Shown here: positions 1 to 9,126 of the stretch, in pieces
Position numbering within the stretch: the stretch's first letter is position 1
How the letters are laid out: every line of letters begins with the position of its first letter
DNA from: an uncultured Fidelibacterota bacterium
Lineage (GTDB): Bacteria; Fidelibacterota; Marinisomatia; Marinisomatales; UBA1611
Reading direction: 5' to 3'
NCBI GenBank assembly: GCA_902602795.1
Contig: CACKSF010000001.1
Span: forward strand, 5,601-69,600
Length of the DNA stretch: 64,000 bases
Position numbers and translations under genes: made by a program
The notes under the pieces: model-generated
Databases searched by the model: none
Seen by the model: only the letters and a program-made list of their open reading frames with translations
Told to the model about the DNA's origin: nothing

Positions 1-119
1 CTCTTAATGAAAATATTAAAAAATTTGAGTTAAAACATGGTGAGATAAAATTATCTAATCGCGAAGAAGGTTTTTCATCTTTTGGTGTAAAACCTCCAAA
101 AGATACATTACCAAATTGA
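1..119 (+). CDS. 3' end of an unidentified gene (5' part lies outside the window)
   Basis: Frame 3 is open from the window edge to TGA at 117-119 (...KFELKHGEIKLSNREEGFSSFGVKPPKDTLPN*). No recognisable motif. Confidence 0.3.
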   Translation, partial: LNENIKKFELKHGEIKLSNREEGFSSFGVKPPKDTLPN

Positions 120-139
120 TAATGTAGGGTTCTCTTTTA

Positions 140-718
140 TTATTCTATAAGCACCCAGTTTCTACCTTTTTTAATTTCATGCAACGTCACTTTTCCCCAT
201 ATAGTTAGCATTGATGAGGAAATAAAAAAACCAATAAAACCTCCAGCAATTACATCACCTGGGAAATGTACACCTACGTAAATTCGTGAAAAGGAGATAA
301 GAATTGCTAAAGTAATAAGAAATGCTTTGTATTTTTTATAAAAATATGATAGAACTACTGCTAATGAAAACATGTTTGCGGCATGATTGGATGGCATACT
401 CCATTTTCCGCCTTTGGATGTCAAAAGATTAACTCCTTCTAAGTTAAGATGTGACGGCCTTATCCGTTCAAAAAGGGGTTTTAATATTTGCGCGCAAATT
501 GCATCAGTAAAAGAAAGTGAAATAATTAATATTACAAGGGCTATTTTCCCTTTAGGTCCAGAAAAAAATCCAAGTAGAGAAATGAGAGCTATAATTGGAA
601 GCTTCCAATTATTTTTATTTGTTATGAATGGCATAAAAATATCAAATAAAGTATTTGAAAAATACTGATGAATCCATCTTATCAGATTCATATCTAAGGA
701 TTGGAAAAAATCAAGCAT
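140..718 (-). CDS. PAP2-family membrane phosphatase (phosphatidic acid / undecaprenyl-diphosphate phosphatase-like)
   Basis: Three PAP2 motifs: KPLFERIRP, PSNH, SRIYVGVHFPGD. Several TM helices. Confidence 0.8.
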   Translation of the reverse strand: MLDFFQSLDMNLIRWIHQYFSNTLFDIFMPFITNKNNWKLPIIALISLLGFFSGPKGKIALVILIISLSFTDAICAQILKPLFERIRPSHLNLEGVNLLTSKGGKWSMPSNHAANMFSLAVVLSYFYKKYKAFLITLAILISFSRIYVGVHFPGDVIAGGFIGFFISSSMLTIWGKVTLHEIKKGRNWVLIE

Positions 719-733
719 GCATAATCAAAATAA

Positions 734-1723
734 TTATAATCGAACTATAATTCTTCCAACCTGTTCGCCACGTAACATTTTTTTAATTTCTTCATCTAGA
801 GAACTTAGATCAATCATCTTGCATATATGATCCAAATTTTTTAGTCTCCAAAATGTTGAAAATTTATTCCAGATGTTATCCCTAATTGGTTTAGAGCATG
901 TAGCTGAATCAATGCCGATTAACCGATTTTTTCTTAAGATAAAAGGAAATACTGATGTCGTAAAATTTGCTCCTGCTACATTACCACACGCCGTGATAAT
1001 ACCATTATATTGCATACTTGCAAGCATCGATGATAGAATGTTTCCGCCCACAGCATCAATTGCTGCATCATAAACTCCATTATTCAGTGGTAACCTTGTA
1101 GAATCTATAAATTTTTTTCTATTGATAACTTTTGAGCTACCAAGGTCATAAAGATATTGCTCACTATTTTTTTTACCTGTTATGGTAGTCACCTTAGCTC
1201 CTAATAATGATAAAAGTTTAACTGCAAGGCTCCCCACTCCTCCAGTTGAACCGCTGACGATCACTTTCAAATTATTTATTGGAGTGTGATTATCAATCTC
1301 TTCTATACATAATCCAGCTGTTAATCCTGCCGTCCCAAGCATCATTGATTCTTTGGTAGAGAGAGAATCTGGACATCTCACTGCCCAGGAGCTTGGAATC
1401 TGAATATATTCAGCAAAACCGCCGCTTGTATTCATACCAAGGTCAAACCCAGTCACTATTACTCTATCATTGGCCTTAAAATTAGTCTTGTTTGACTTTA
1501 CAACGATTCCAGCTGCATCAATACCAGGTGTATGAGGATAAAATTTTGTGACACCTTTTGCACCTGAAGAAGATAGCGCATCTTTATAGTTTAAGGATGA
1601 ATATTCGACCTTTATCAAAAGGTCACCCTTTGGTAAATCGGAAAAGTTCTTCTGGGCAATTTTATTTTTAAAATCTCCATTATGATTTTGATATGTTTCA
1701 AATGCTTTGAATGTTTTTTTCAA
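734..1723 (-). CDS. YhdH/AcuI-type NADPH-dependent MDR oxidoreductase (acrylyl-CoA reductase family)
   Basis: YSSLNYKDALSSSGAKGVTKFYPHTPGIDAAG and GSTGGVGS nucleotide-binding motif; length 329 aa is typical of the YhdH subfamily. Confidence 0.75.
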   Translation of the reverse strand: MKKTFKAFETYQNHNGDFKNKIAQKNFSDLPKGDLLIKVEYSSLNYKDALSSSGAKGVTKFYPHTPGIDAAGIVVKSNKTNFKANDRVIVTGFDLGMNTSGGFAEYIQIPSSWAVRCPDSLSTKESMMLGTAGLTAGLCIEEIDNHTPINNLKVIVSGSTGGVGSLAVKLLSLLGAKVTTITGKKNSEQYLYDLGSSKVINRKKFIDSTRLPLNNGVYDAAIDAVGGNILSSMLASMQYNGIITACGNVAGANFTTSVFPFILRKNRLIGIDSATCSKPIRDNIWNKFSTFWRLKNLDHICKMIDLSSLDEEIKKMLRGEQVGRIIVRL

Positions 1724-1778
1724 TTTTTCTTTTAGATATTTCGAGATAATTAAAATAGGGAATTGGTTTTTAATGATT

Positions 1779-2927
1779 TTATTTTTTTGTCATGCCAAGA
1801 TGTTTACAAATGATGCTTAGCATAATTTCATCAGTACCGCCACCTATTGACATTAGCCGTCCATCTCTATATACCTTTGATAAAGGATTCTCCCATGTAA
1901 ATCCCATTCCTCCCCAATACTGTAAGCAAGCATCTGACACTTCTCTAATTAATTTCCCGCATTTAAATTTTGCCATTGATGCTAGATAGGTCATATCCTT
2001 ACCACTAACAAAATCTTCACATGCTCTGTAGATTAAAGATCTCAATGCTTCAATCTCTATTTGTAGTTCTGCTAATCTAAATTGTATAGCTTGATTATCA
2101 ATAATCCTCTTCCCAAATGCCATTCTCTCTTTGCAGAAGTTAATGGTCTGTTCAATACAATCATCTAAGATGATAAGAGAGCTTACAGATAAGAATATTC
2201 TTTCTTCTTGAAATTGTTGCATTTGCATAGTAAACCCTGCACCTTCTTCTCCAACCCTATATCGTATTGGTATTCGAACATTATCAAAGTATACTGGAGC
2301 AGTATCGGAAGTACGCAATCCAAGCTTATCTATTTTCTCTCCAACTTGGACTCCAGGTAATTTTGAGGGTATGATGACAAGTGATTTATTTTTGTGAGGT
2401 TCATCATTACTTGTGTTCAATAGTGTACAAAAGTAATCTGCTTGAGATGCATTAGTTATCCACATTTTTTGTCCATTTACGATATAATCACCTCCATCTT
2501 TTTTTGCAAATGTCCTCAGCGCAGCAACATCTGATCCTCCAGTATGTTCGCTTACAGCAATAGAGGTTACATAGTCGCCGGAAATAGCAGGAGTTAAAAA
2601 CTCATCTTTCAATTCTTTCGATCCGTATCTATCTAAAGCTGGAGTAGCCATATCAGTCTGAACTCCAGTACTGATAATAACTCCACTATCTAAGCCATAG
2701 CCTAATGCTTCAGCAAACACCATTCCATAACTATAATCTAAGCCCATGCCTCCATTATCTTGATTTTTAGTAATCCCGAGTAGATCAAGATCTCCCATCT
2801 TTTTGAACAATTCATGAGCAGGAAATCCTTCATTTTTTTCCCATTCATCTGCAAAAGGTTTTATCTCATTTGTAGCGAAATCTTTTACAGTATTAAATAG
2901 AGCTTTATGTTCATTATTAAATTTCAT
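1779..2927 (-). CDS. acyl-CoA dehydrogenase
   Basis: 382 aa with typical ACAD layout (..SEHTGGSDVAAL.., ..KMWITNA.., C-terminal YRDGRLMSIGGGTDEIM). Confidence 0.9.
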   Translation of the reverse strand: MKFNNEHKALFNTVKDFATNEIKPFADEWEKNEGFPAHELFKKMGDLDLLGITKNQDNGGMGLDYSYGMVFAEALGYGLDSGVIISTGVQTDMATPALDRYGSKELKDEFLTPAISGDYVTSIAVSEHTGGSDVAALRTFAKKDGGDYIVNGQKMWITNASQADYFCTLLNTSNDEPHKNKSLVIIPSKLPGVQVGEKIDKLGLRTSDTAPVYFDNVRIPIRYRVGEEGAGFTMQMQQFQEERIFLSVSSLIILDDCIEQTINFCKERMAFGKRIIDNQAIQFRLAELQIEIEALRSLIYRACEDFVSGKDMTYLASMAKFKCGKLIREVSDACLQYWGGMGFTWENPLSKVYRDGRLMSIGGGTDEIMLSIICKHLGMTKK

Positions 2928-2929
2928 TT

Positions 2930-3727
2930 CTAATCCTTTTTATTCCAAAATGGTTTTCTTTTTTCAAAGAAAGATGCAAACCCTTCACGTCCTTCTTCAT
3001 GTACAATACATTCAGAAAATAATTTAGCAGCATGCGCAGTATCAATATTATAGTTTGAATTAAGAAGGTTTTTTGTAACCGAAATTCCATTCGGAGAACA
3101 TTTTTTCACCTTTTTAATGATCTGCATTACTTCATAATCTAAGTCTTTTTTTTCTTTTACAACATAATCTGCCATTCCTATGAAGAATGCCTTATCTCCG
3201 CTGAATACTTCACCTAGTAGCATAAGTTTTTTCCCATTATTAAATCCCACTTTTTTAATTATGTAGGGTGCTATTTGAGCTGGTGTTAATCCTATCTTTG
3301 TTTCTGTTAAAGAATATTTTGCATTAGATGTGGATACTAAAAAATCAGTAGCACATGCTATGCCGACGGCACCTGCCATGCAAGCTCCTTCTACCACAGA
3401 AATAGTAACTTTAGATAAATTACTGATCTTAGTAAAAATTTCCCCAAATTTTATACTCATTTTCATTGCTTTATCACGAGTATTATTTTTTTCGGAAGCT
3501 ATATTTTGCATCCATTTCAGATCTGCTCCTGCGCAAAAAACGTTTCCTTTTCCACGAAAAATAACACCTCGAATAGATGGATTATTTTCAATTAAATCTA
3601 ACGTTTGAGAGATTTCTCCTATTAAAATTTTAGATAAAGAATTTCGTTTTTTAGGCCTATTGAACCATATTGTTAACCAATTATTACTCAAATCTAAAAT
3701 ACATTCTTTAGTTTTTGGTATTTTCAT
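2930..3727 (-). CDS. enoyl-CoA hydratase/isomerase (crotonase family)
   Basis: Crotonase oxyanion-hole region VFCAGADLK and EGACMAGAVG. C-terminus EGREGFASFFEKRKP. Confidence 0.85.
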   Translation of the reverse strand: MKIPKTKECILDLSNNWLTIWFNRPKKRNSLSKILIGEISQTLDLIENNPSIRGVIFRGKGNVFCAGADLKWMQNIASEKNNTRDKAMKMSIKFGEIFTKISNLSKVTISVVEGACMAGAVGIACATDFLVSTSNAKYSLTETKIGLTPAQIAPYIIKKVGFNNGKKLMLLGEVFSGDKAFFIGMADYVVKEKKDLDYEVMQIIKKVKKCSPNGISVTKNLLNSNYNIDTAHAAKLFSECIVHEEGREGFASFFEKRKPFWNKKD

Positions 3728-3729
3728 AA

Positions 3730-5529
3730 TTACTCTTTGTTCTCATTCTGAAATTGATCAAAGATTTTCTTTGTCACTGGAATAGGGTATTCTAAAATTT
3801 GTTGAGCATATGACTTTCCTTGAGGGTCAATATTAAAACTAGCCATTCCTCCTCCACCTAATGAATTTTTTAATAGAAAATTAAGACCATTGATACCAGG
3901 GAGAACCCATTTGAGGACATCTCCTTGAACTACATGGCTAAAAAATTGGGAAATAGTAGAAGGATTTAGTTCGTTGTCAATAAAATTAAAATAGTCTTTT
4001 TGTCTCGCTATTATTCCTATGTTTGCATGGTTACCTTTATCACCGCTTCTAGCATATGCCAAATTAATTAATGGAAGCAAATAGTCTTTCTTAGACAAAA
4101 TCTTTTTTGTTTTTGAGGAAAAACTTTCTTGTTCCCTCTTGGATTCTTCAGGAATATCATAAGGAATTGATACAACTTTTTTATTCATTATCATTTTTAT
4201 TTTTATTTGGTTCTTTGGCAAGAGAAAAGAAAATAAATGGATGGATGGTGATACTCTTGGACGTCCACCTAAATAATTAATAACACCAGCAGTCATTCCA
4301 GTAACGGCTTGCGCTAATTCTTTTGAGAAAATAATTAATGCTTGCTTAATTGGATGAGATGCTACAATTCTAAGTACAATTTCTTTAGTATTTACATCAT
4401 TTTTTTCGGGCCCATAGATAGAATTTGATCCAATGATATCAAAGGAAGAATTAGAAAAGTTCCCTATTTTATTTTCATTGAAAATTGAAGAACATTTTTT
4501 AATTACAGCATTCGCAATTACTTCTCCTTTTTTAAATGCATCTTTTCCTCCTATTACTAAAGTTCCGATTGCTCTATATCCATCCATATATGTTGCTGAA
4601 TTCTTATAATATTTGGTAGGGGGAAATCCTTTTGCACCTTTTACAGACACTAGATCTGGTCCGGTTTCTTCAATCTTTACTTCAGAAAAGTCGCAAATTA
4701 CATCAGGGAGAATATATTCCGATGGGTTTCCTATTTCGTAAAGAAGTTGTTCTGCCACTGTTCCAAATGTGACCATTCCACCAGTCCCTTTTGGCTTTGA
4801 AACAATGAAATTGCCATTCGAAAATACATCAACAAAAGGGAAGCCCATATTTTCAAATCCTTTAACTTTTTTCCAATCTGTATAATTACCTCCAGTACAT
4901 TGTGCTCCGCATTCAATAATATGTCCTGCGAGACTACCTGCAGATAGAAGATCATAATCAGAAATTTTCCAACGATATTCATGCATTAATGGTCCTAATA
5001 CTAAAGCACTATCAACGACTCGCCCTGTAATTACAATATCTGCACCTTCATCTAGAGCTTTGACTATTCCCGATGCCCCAAGGTATGCATTGATGCTAAT
5101 ACATGAATCAGGTAAAAATAAATTTTTTTCCATTTCTTTTATTTTTTGCTTTTGAAGGGTAGGCAGTTCTGATAAAATATCATCTCCTTCAATTATAGCG
5201 ATATTCAGCTTTAAACCAAGTTGTTTTGCTTCTTGCTTCAATGCCTGTTCACAAGAATGTGGATTTATTCCTCCAGCATTTGTAATTATTCTTATCTTTT
5301 GATTTTTGATATTTTTTAGAAGTGGTTTTATTTGATCTACAAAATCAATTGCATACCCCATTTTAGAGTTTTTTAATTTTGATCTAGCTAGTATTGACAT
5401 AGTAACTTCAGATAAAAAATCAAAAACTAAATAATCTAAGGATGCTTTATCTACAAGCTGTTTCGCAGCGGTTGATGTATCCCCCCAAAATCCTGAAGCA
5501 CATCCTATTCTAACTTTTTTATTATCCAT
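3730..5529 (-). CDS. atuA: AtuA-family protein (acyclic terpene utilisation, DUF1446)
   Basis: N-terminus VRIGCASGFWGDTSTAAKQLVDKASLDYLVFDFLSEVTMSILA closely follows the AtuA/DUF1446 signature. ~600 aa, as for Pseudomonas AtuA. Confidence 0.8.
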   Translation of the reverse strand: MDNKKVRIGCASGFWGDTSTAAKQLVDKASLDYLVFDFLSEVTMSILARSKLKNSKMGYAIDFVDQIKPLLKNIKNQKIRIITNAGGINPHSCEQALKQEAKQLGLKLNIAIIEGDDILSELPTLQKQKIKEMEKNLFLPDSCISINAYLGASGIVKALDEGADIVITGRVVDSALVLGPLMHEYRWKISDYDLLSAGSLAGHIIECGAQCTGGNYTDWKKVKGFENMGFPFVDVFSNGNFIVSKPKGTGGMVTFGTVAEQLLYEIGNPSEYILPDVICDFSEVKIEETGPDLVSVKGAKGFPPTKYYKNSATYMDGYRAIGTLVIGGKDAFKKGEVIANAVIKKCSSIFNENKIGNFSNSSFDIIGSNSIYGPEKNDVNTKEIVLRIVASHPIKQALIIFSKELAQAVTGMTAGVINYLGGRPRVSPSIHLFSFLLPKNQIKIKMIMNKKVVSIPYDIPEESKREQESFSSKTKKILSKKDYLLPLINLAYARSGDKGNHANIGIIARQKDYFNFIDNELNPSTISQFFSHVVQGDVLKWVLPGINGLNFLLKNSLGGGGMASFNIDPQGKSYAQQILEYPIPVTKKIFDQFQNENKE

Positions 5530-5531
5530 TT

Positions 5532-6533
5532 TCAGTTGTAAATGTTCGATATCTTTATGGATTTTCCAAGATGTTGCATTATGGCAGTTGCGGATTCTAT
5601 TTTATGAATAGTGTGAACACTTTTTCCTGCTGAGTAAAGATTTTGTGTATTTTTTAAATTTTTAGAATTATTTCTTTTTAAAAAGTATTTTGATTGGAAA
5701 AGAGACTTTAGATTTAAAAGCATTCTTGCTTTATGTTTAAATTTACTTTTTAGTAATTTTTTGAAAAGCCATGAATTATCTTTTTGAAAATTTTCTGATT
5801 TGATCACAGAAACGGGCACACCTGTCAACCTTGTTGTTGAAACAATATCTTTTTCTGAGGCATTCACAATAGCTGTTTTATAATCTTCGAGTGTATTACA
5901 CTCTATGGAAGCAACAAATCGTGTTCCCATTTGAACTCCATCAAATCCTATTTTTAGGGCTTTAGATAACTCAATCTCACTTCCAATGCCTCCTGCGCAA
6001 ATAAGCGGGAGACCTAAGTCATTTAGCTCTCCGTACATATTTTCCATAGAATGAGATCCAAGATGACCACCTGCTCGATTATTTACACAAATTAATCCAT
6101 CTACTCCAGAGTCAACTCCTTTTTTGGCAAAATGACGATCAGTTACATCATGATAAACAACACCCCCAGTTTGATGGACTCGTTTACATACCCAATCTGG
6201 TTTACCAAGAGAGGTAACAAAAAACCGTATATTTTCTTCAAGAGCAATATCAATCCAATCGGACATACGATCTAAATACTTTTTACTACCCTTTTCAATC
6301 AGGGCATTAAAACCAATAGGTTTGGTGGTTAAGGAACGAATATATTTTATTCCTTCTCTTAAATCATATCCATGAACAAAGGTGAGGCTTACAGGTTGTA
6401 CAATTGCAATCCCTCCACCTTCAGATGCCGCTGCCACCAGCTCAGGATTGGAGCAGGGATACATAGCACCACAAATGATTGGATATTTAGAACCAGTATG
6501 TTTTAAGAAGGTATTATCAGAATTCGGAATCAT
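5532..6533 (-). CDS. nitronate monooxygenase / FabK-like FMN oxidoreductase (NMO family)
   Basis: YPIICGAMYPCSNPELVAAASEGGGIAIVQ and GGIGS..GFDGVQMGTRF, typical of the NPD/NMO TIM-barrel. Confidence 0.75.
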   Translation of the reverse strand: MIPNSDNTFLKHTGSKYPIICGAMYPCSNPELVAAASEGGGIAIVQPVSLTFVHGYDLREGIKYIRSLTTKPIGFNALIEKGSKKYLDRMSDWIDIALEENIRFFVTSLGKPDWVCKRVHQTGGVVYHDVTDRHFAKKGVDSGVDGLICVNNRAGGHLGSHSMENMYGELNDLGLPLICAGGIGSEIELSKALKIGFDGVQMGTRFVASIECNTLEDYKTAIVNASEKDIVSTTRLTGVPVSVIKSENFQKDNSWLFKKLLKSKFKHKARMLLNLKSLFQSKYFLKRNNSKNLKNTQNLYSAGKSVHTIHKIESATAIMQHLGKSIKISNIYN

Positions 6534-6949
6534 AGTATTTTTACTAAAGAGTGTCCTTTCAATTTTAGGTCATCATCTTGATTCTTTACGCTTAACTCCA
6601 GTTCCAAATTCTTCTTTTTGTCATTTGTAAAAATTTTAACCACTTTAGCGCTACAGGTTAGTTTATCTCCTATATTTGTAATAGAAGAAAATTGAACATG
6701 GTACTCGAGTATTTGGCCTTGACTAAAATTATTTGTTAAAACTCTACCAAGATATCCCATGATAAGCATTCCATGGGCAATAACATCAGGAAGTCCTATT
6801 TCATTCACATAATCTGTATCTATATGTAAAGGATTGTGATCACCGGATGCACCAGCGTATAGTGCTAGGTTTGTTCTAGAGACTGGTTCTAATTTTAATT
6901 CAGGAAGGAATTCTCCAATACTAGCAGATTTATAATTCCAAATGTTCAT
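6530..6949 (-). CDS. MaoC-like (R)-specific enoyl-CoA hydratase, hot-dog fold
   Basis: YAGASGDHNPLHIDTDYV..GLPDVIAHGML hydratase-2 motif. 4-nt overlap with the downstream gene. Confidence 0.8.
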   Translation of the reverse strand: MNIWNYKSASIGEFLPELKLEPVSRTNLALYAGASGDHNPLHIDTDYVNEIGLPDVIAHGMLIMGYLGRVLTNNFSQGQILEYHVQFSSITNIGDKLTCSAKVVKIFTNDKKKNLELELSVKNQDDDLKLKGHSLVKIL

Positions 6950-6952
6950 AAT

Positions 6953-7390
6953 CTATCTTATTACTAATGTGGATAAAGATTCTGCTATTAACTTTTTATT
7001 TTGATTCAAAAATATAGATTCAAATTCTATAAACTGTAGAGTTCCATTTTTTTTGTCATACATGTCTTTAATTTTACTTTCCATTGTAATTTGGTCTCCC
7101 GCGAAAACGAGATGATGATACTTATAACTTTGGCTTGCGTGTAAAATATTTTTCATATCTATGGACAGGTCATGTAAATATTGATAAGGGTTTTTTTTCT
7201 CATGACTAACTGTAGTTAAAAATGTAAGGGGAGCAAGTAGGGAGGGGAAGCCCTTTTCTTTAGCGACATCTTCATCAAAATATACTGGGTCAGTTTGTCC
7301 AGTAGCTTTGGAAAAAAATTTCACTCTTTGTTTTTCTACATCAAAAATGATAGGCGGATAGCTTTTATTTATAAGAGATCTATTTAACAT
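6953..7390 (-). CDS. MaoC N-terminal-type dehydratase subunit (hot-dog fold partner)
   Basis: Hot-dog-like protein adjacent to the MaoC subunit (split two-subunit hydratase layout). I prefer the internal Met start (MLNRSLINK, 7390), which removes the 41-nt overlap given by the 7435 start. Confidence 0.6.
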   Translation of the reverse strand: MLNRSLINKSYPPIIFDVEKQRVKFFSKATGQTDPVYFDEDVAKEKGFPSLLAPLTFLTTVSHEKKNPYQYLHDLSIDMKNILHASQSYKYHHLVFAGDQITMESKIKDMYDKKNGTLQFIEFESIFLNQNKKLIAESLSTLVIR

Positions 7391-7394
7391 TAGA

Positions 7395-8618
7395 TTACAC
7401 TGAGCTAAAAAGTTTTTTAGTTTTGACCATTTCATTTAATAGCTTAGGCGGTGTAAATCTTTTACCATATCGCTCTGTTAATTCTAAAGAGCGATCTCTG
7501 AATTTTAATATTCCATAATCATTTACAAATTGCAACACGCCACCAGAATCGCTAGGGAATCCCAGTCCTAAAATACTTCCAGTATTTGCATCTTTAGCTG
7601 AGGTAATAATATTTTTTTCATAGCAAGTTATTGCCTCTAGTATTTGAGCAAATATTAGTCTATCAGCAATATCTTTTTCTGGTATCTCATCGGTCGAAAC
7701 TGGAAAGTAATTTTCAAGGTCTTCCCAGAGATGTTTTTTTTGATTTTTCGGATAGTTATAAAAACCACCATTTCCAGATCTTCCCTCACGATTTAAATTT
7801 GTGATCATTAACTCAATTACGTTCTCCCAAGTGCCTGTAGAATTATTCTTATCATATTTTAGTATTTGCTTTCTAATTCTTTCTATTAAAGCAATATTTA
7901 CTTCGTCACTTAATGCTAGTGGTCCAACTGGATATCCAGCTTTTTTACCTGCATTTTCAATTGAAGTTGCTTTAATTCCTTCACTTAACATTGCCATTCC
8001 TTCAAAAGGATATCTTATAAAGACTCTCGTAGTGTAAAACCCCGGACTATCATTTACAACAATAGGTGCTTTCCCAATTTGTAATGCAAAACTGAGAGCA
8101 TGACTAAGAGTTCCAGAGCTTGTTTTCTCCCCTTTTATTACTTCAACCAATTTCATCTTATGAACTGGAGAAAAAAAATGTAAACCGATAAAGTTTTGTG
8201 GATTGATTAGTTTGGAAGCTAAAATAGAAATAGGAATGGTAGATGTATTGGATGCTAAAAAACCGTTAGGATTCAAATATTCTTCTGCAGTTTTAAGTGC
8301 TTTAGTTTTGATATCTAAATCTTCGTATATAGCTTCAATAACAACCTTTTTAGTTTTTAGTTCTTCATAATTATTACTTACTTCAATCCGGCTTTTAATA
8401 TCAACTAATTCTTGTTTTGTGATAAAGCCATTTTTTAGATTTTTATCTAAAATTTGATAAATTTTTTGCAATCCCTTAGTTGCTTGATTTATAGTTAAAT
8501 CAAGCATTAACACCTTGAGACCTGAAATAGCTGCTACATATGCTATGCCATGGCCCATCAACCCAGATCCTAAAATACCTATGGAATCATTATTATTATT
8601 TTTTAATTTATTCATCAA
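7395..8618 (-). CDS. 3-hydroxyacyl-CoA dehydrogenase (NAD-binding)
   Basis: N-terminal Rossmann IGILGSGLMGHGIA, NTSTIPI, HFFSPVHKMKLVEV motifs. Confidence 0.85.
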   Translation of the reverse strand: MMNKLKNNNNDSIGILGSGLMGHGIAYVAAISGLKVLMLDLTINQATKGLQKIYQILDKNLKNGFITKQELVDIKSRIEVSNNYEELKTKKVVIEAIYEDLDIKTKALKTAEEYLNPNGFLASNTSTIPISILASKLINPQNFIGLHFFSPVHKMKLVEVIKGEKTSSGTLSHALSFALQIGKAPIVVNDSPGFYTTRVFIRYPFEGMAMLSEGIKATSIENAGKKAGYPVGPLALSDEVNIALIERIRKQILKYDKNNSTGTWENVIELMITNLNREGRSGNGGFYNYPKNQKKHLWEDLENYFPVSTDEIPEKDIADRLIFAQILEAITCYEKNIITSAKDANTGSILGLGFPSDSGGVLQFVNDYGILKFRDRSLELTERYGKRFTPPKLLNEMVKTKKLFSSV

Positions 8619-8648
8619 GTTCGTTAATTTTATAACATAGATTTACTT

Positions 8649-9026
8649 TTAATGTTTGAGTGTCTTTGCTATATCATTTTTTAAGGATTTTAGTTCTTTG
8701 ATTATAAAGTTTATTTCTTTTTTTTGATCTTCTAGTTGGAATAATCGATAAGAAATAGCTTCAAGAGCATTTTTTGATTGAATTTTTTGAGATGGATCTA
8801 CCTCGTATAAATCAAGATATGTCTTTATGTCTTTAAGAGAAAACCCTAATTTTTTTGCACGTAGAATAATTAATAAGCGAGCCCGGTCTTTATAATTGAA
8901 AATTCTAGTATTTCCTGCACGATTTGGCTTTACAAGGCCTTTTGACTCGTAAAATCTGATAGCCCGTTCAGTTATATCTAATTCTTTAGATAACTGTGGA
9001 ACGGTATATAAGGTATCTTTTAACAT
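8649..9026 (-). CDS. MerR-family transcriptional regulator (LiuR-like position, heading an acyl-CoA catabolic operon)
   Basis: N-terminal HTH YTVPQLSKELDITERAIRFYESKGLV plus C-terminal coiled coil. First gene of the co-directional cluster. Confidence 0.8.
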   Translation of the reverse strand: MLKDTLYTVPQLSKELDITERAIRFYESKGLVKPNRAGNTRIFNYKDRARLLIILRAKKLGFSLKDIKTYLDLYEVDPSQKIQSKNALEAISYRLFQLEDQKKEINFIIKELKSLKNDIAKTLKH

Positions 9027-9126
9027 ATTTACTCATAAGTAAAATACCTTACGTATAGGTTAGTTTCAACCTAAAGATATTTCGATTTGCTAAATATTGA
9101 AAAAAATTGGGCTGTTAAAAGTAGGG

